DNA of 64,000 bases from an uncultured Pelagibacteraceae bacterium (GTDB lineage Bacteria > Pseudomonadota > Alphaproteobacteria > Pelagibacterales > Pelagibacteraceae), in NCBI GenBank assembly GCA_902543245.1, contig CACBXQ010000007.1, forward strand, positions 161-64,160. The letters run 5' to 3'. The translations under genes and the position numbers were made by a program. Shown here one piece after another: positions 61,818 through 64,000 of this stretch. Position 1 is the stretch's first letter, and each line of letters opens with the position of its first letter. Below the pieces are notes generated by a model. That model made no database searches. It was not told the DNA's origin and saw only the letters and a list, made by a program, of their open reading frames with translations.

Positions 61818-63074
61818 TTAATTTTTAGATATTTTCTCAATATTATTCATATAAGGCTTCAATATATTGGGAATTTTTATTGATCCATCTTCATTTTGAT
61901 AATTTTCTAATATTGCAATTAAAGTTCTCCCAACAGCTAAACCACTACCATTTAATGTTGAAACATATTGAGTTTCATTATTTTTATCTTTAAATCTAGA
62001 TTTCATTCTTCTAGCTTGAAATGAACCACATGATGAGCAACTGGAAATCTCTCTATAATTATTTTCTGAAGGAAGCCACACTTCAATATCATAAGTTTTT
62101 TCTGCGCTGAAACCCATGTCACCAGTGCTCAGAATAATTTTTCTATAAGGTAATTCAAGAAGGTCAAGAATACCAGTCGCACAATCTGTCATTCTTTCCA
62201 GTTCTTCTAATCTATTATCAGGGTGAACAATACTAACTAGTTCAACTTTATAAAATTGATGTTGTCTAATCATACCTCTAGTATCTTTACCGTAACTACC
62301 AGCTTCTTTTCTAAAGCATGGTGTAGAAGCAACATATCTCTGTGGTAAAGTTTTCTCATCCAAAATCTTATCTCTAACTATATTAGTTAAAATTACCTCT
62401 GCTGTAGGGATTAAAAATTTTCTATCATCCGAGTCTAAATTTATCTCAAACTGGTCATTTTCAAATTTTGGGAGTTGGCCAGTTCCATACATACTATTAG
62501 ATGAAGCAATCAACGGTGGTGATATCTCTTTGTATTGATTTTTTTGTGTATGTATATCGATCATAAAGTTACTAATTGCTCTCTCTAAATGGGCCAATTG
62601 ACCTTTAACAAAAACAAATCTGCTGCCTGAGGTTTTTGTTGCTAAATCAAAATCAAGCATTTCTAGATTTTCTCCAAGCTCAAAATGAGATTTTGGTTTA
62701 AATTTGAAATTAGGTAAAGAACCAGATTTTTTTATTTCTTTATTGAAAGTTTCATCTTTTCCAATAGGGACATCTTCTAAGGCAATATTTGGTAGAGATG
62801 AAAGAATTTCATCTATTTTTTTTTTAAAATTATTTTGATTTTTTGAAATATCGTCAATTTTTTTTGAAATTTCCTTTGATTTAGCAAATAATTTTTCATC
62901 TTTGGATTTAGAAATAGTTTTTTTTTCGTTCTCTAATTTTTCTTTCTCTTGTATTAACTTTCTATTTTCTTCGTCCAGTTTTAAAAAGTTTGAGGAATCA
63001 AAATCAACATACCTATTACTAATATCTTTTTTGAATGATTCGATATTTTTTCTAATATCTTTTATATTATGCAT
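61818..63074 (-). CDS. serS: Serine--tRNA ligase
   Basis: PTAEV, FRKEAGSYG, RQHQF.KVE and TLNGSGLAVGR motifs. Confidence 0.98.
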   Translation of the reverse strand: MHNIKDIRKNIESFKKDISNRYVDFDSSNFLKLDEENRKLIQEKEKLENEKKTISKSKDEKLFAKSKEISKKIDDISKNQNNFKKKIDEILSSLPNIALEDVPIGKDETFNKEIKKSGSLPNFKFKPKSHFELGENLEMLDFDLATKTSGSRFVFVKGQLAHLERAISNFMIDIHTQKNQYKEISPPLIASSNSMYGTGQLPKFENDQFEINLDSDDRKFLIPTAEVILTNIVRDKILDEKTLPQRYVASTPCFRKEAGSYGKDTRGMIRQHQFYKVELVSIVHPDNRLEELERMTDCATGILDLLELPYRKIILSTGDMGFSAEKTYDIEVWLPSENNYREISSCSSCGSFQARRMKSRFKDKNNETQYVSTLNGSGLAVGRTLIAILENYQNEDGSIKIPNILKPYMNNIEKISKN

Positions 63075-63837
63075 CTTCTTTCACAGAATTTCTTTTTTCT
63101 ATTATACTTACTGATATTATTGAAAATTCATATAAAATTAAGAGTGGTATAGCTAAACCAATTTGGGTGATAGGGTCAGGTGGAGTTAATAATGCTGCAA
63201 AAGCAAATATAATTACTACAACATATTTTCTTCTTTCTTTTAAATATGTAGAATCAATAACATTAATTCTTGCAAGTAAACTCAATATAACTGGTAGTTG
63301 AAAACTAAGTCCAAAAGCAAATATAAGTTTCATAATTAGAGATAAATACTCATTTACTTTAGCCTCTAACTGAATTGGAAGTTGGGTTACCACACCTGAA
63401 CTTTCAAATGATAAAAAAAAATTTATGGCAAGTGGCATTATTAAATAATAAACAAGCGCTCCTCCCAAAAAAAATAATATCGGTGTTGCTATAAGATATG
63501 GCATGATAGCTTTTTTTTCATTCTCATAAAGACCTGGAGCAATAAATTTCCATATTTGTATCAATAGAAATGGAAATGTTATGAAAAATGCCACAAAAAA
63601 AGAAACTTTTAAGTAAGTTAAAAAGGTTTCTTGAAGAGCAGTGAATATTAATCTACGACTTTGACCATCATCATTTACTGCACTGGCATAAGGATCGACT
63701 AAAAAACCATATATATGTTCTGCAAAAATATAACAGATTACAAAAATAATTGATAAAAAAATAAAGGTATTAATTAATCTTTTCCTAAGTTCAGTTAAAT
63801 GACTTATAAATCCAGATTCATTTTCACTCTTTGTCAT
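63067..63837 (-). CDS. tatC: Twin-arginine translocase subunit TatC
   Basis: HLTELRKRL, FIAPGLY..E, FQLP and TPPD motifs. Confidence 0.97.
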   Translation of the reverse strand: MTKSENESGFISHLTELRKRLINTFIFLSIIFVICYIFAEHIYGFLVDPYASAVNDDGQSRRLIFTALQETFLTYLKVSFFVAFFITFPFLLIQIWKFIAPGLYENEKKAIMPYLIATPILFFLGGALVYYLIMPLAINFFLSFESSGVVTQLPIQLEAKVNEYLSLIMKLIFAFGLSFQLPVILSLLARINVIDSTYLKERRKYVVVIIFAFAALLTPPDPITQIGLAIPLLILYEFSIISVSIIEKRNSVKEDA

Positions 63838-64000
63838 TTTTTAAATCTTTCTCTTTGTCTTTTGGTGATATTGTATCTACGGTATCATTTTCTAGTGTAG
63901 AAATTTCATTTTGAAAATTATTTACATATCTTTTTGCAGTACCAATCCACGAACCAACTTTTTTTAATACAAATGGAAAATCCTTAGGACCAATTACTAT
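63824..64000 (-). CDS. tatB: Twin-arginine translocase subunit TatB (3' part; start lies beyond the window)
   Basis: Hand translation: IVIGPKDFPFVLKKVGSWIGTAKRYVNNFQNEI...; directly upstream of tatC. Confidence 0.85.
   Translation of the reverse strand: MVIGPKDFPFVLKKVGSWIGTAKRYVNNFQNEISTLENDTVDTISPKDKEKDLKNDKE

Overview
Very AT-rich, extremely gene-dense alphaproteobacterial chromosome segment. Near-zero intergenic spacers, protein sequences and gene order point to Pelagibacterales (SAR11); this taxonomy is my inference. Almost all of it is core housekeeping: dapA-smpB-folK-spoT-pyrE-pdxJ-acpS-lepB-rnc-recO, glyA-nrdR-rib-nusB-thiL, hppA, plsX-ihfA, rplM-rpsI-argC-hom, metG-holB-tmk-dacA, tgt-coaD-gyrA-ssb/uvrA and secFD-yajC-serS-tatCB, plus four tRNAs. 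The main feature is at about 29.3-31.7 kb, where gene orientation converges (about 35 of 40 genes on + to the left, about 30 of 38 on - to the right), as expected at a replication terminus. There, a lone Cre-like tyrosine recombinase gene sits 6 bp downstream of a single lox-like inverted repeat (TTCCGATAA-N7-TTATCGGAA). I propose a single-recombinase Cre/lox-type chromosome dimer resolution module. Nearby are an unusually long non-coding region with a dif-core-like palindrome and a probable 6.55-kb inversion centred almost exactly on the site. No CRISPR array, rRNA, IS element or prophage is seen.
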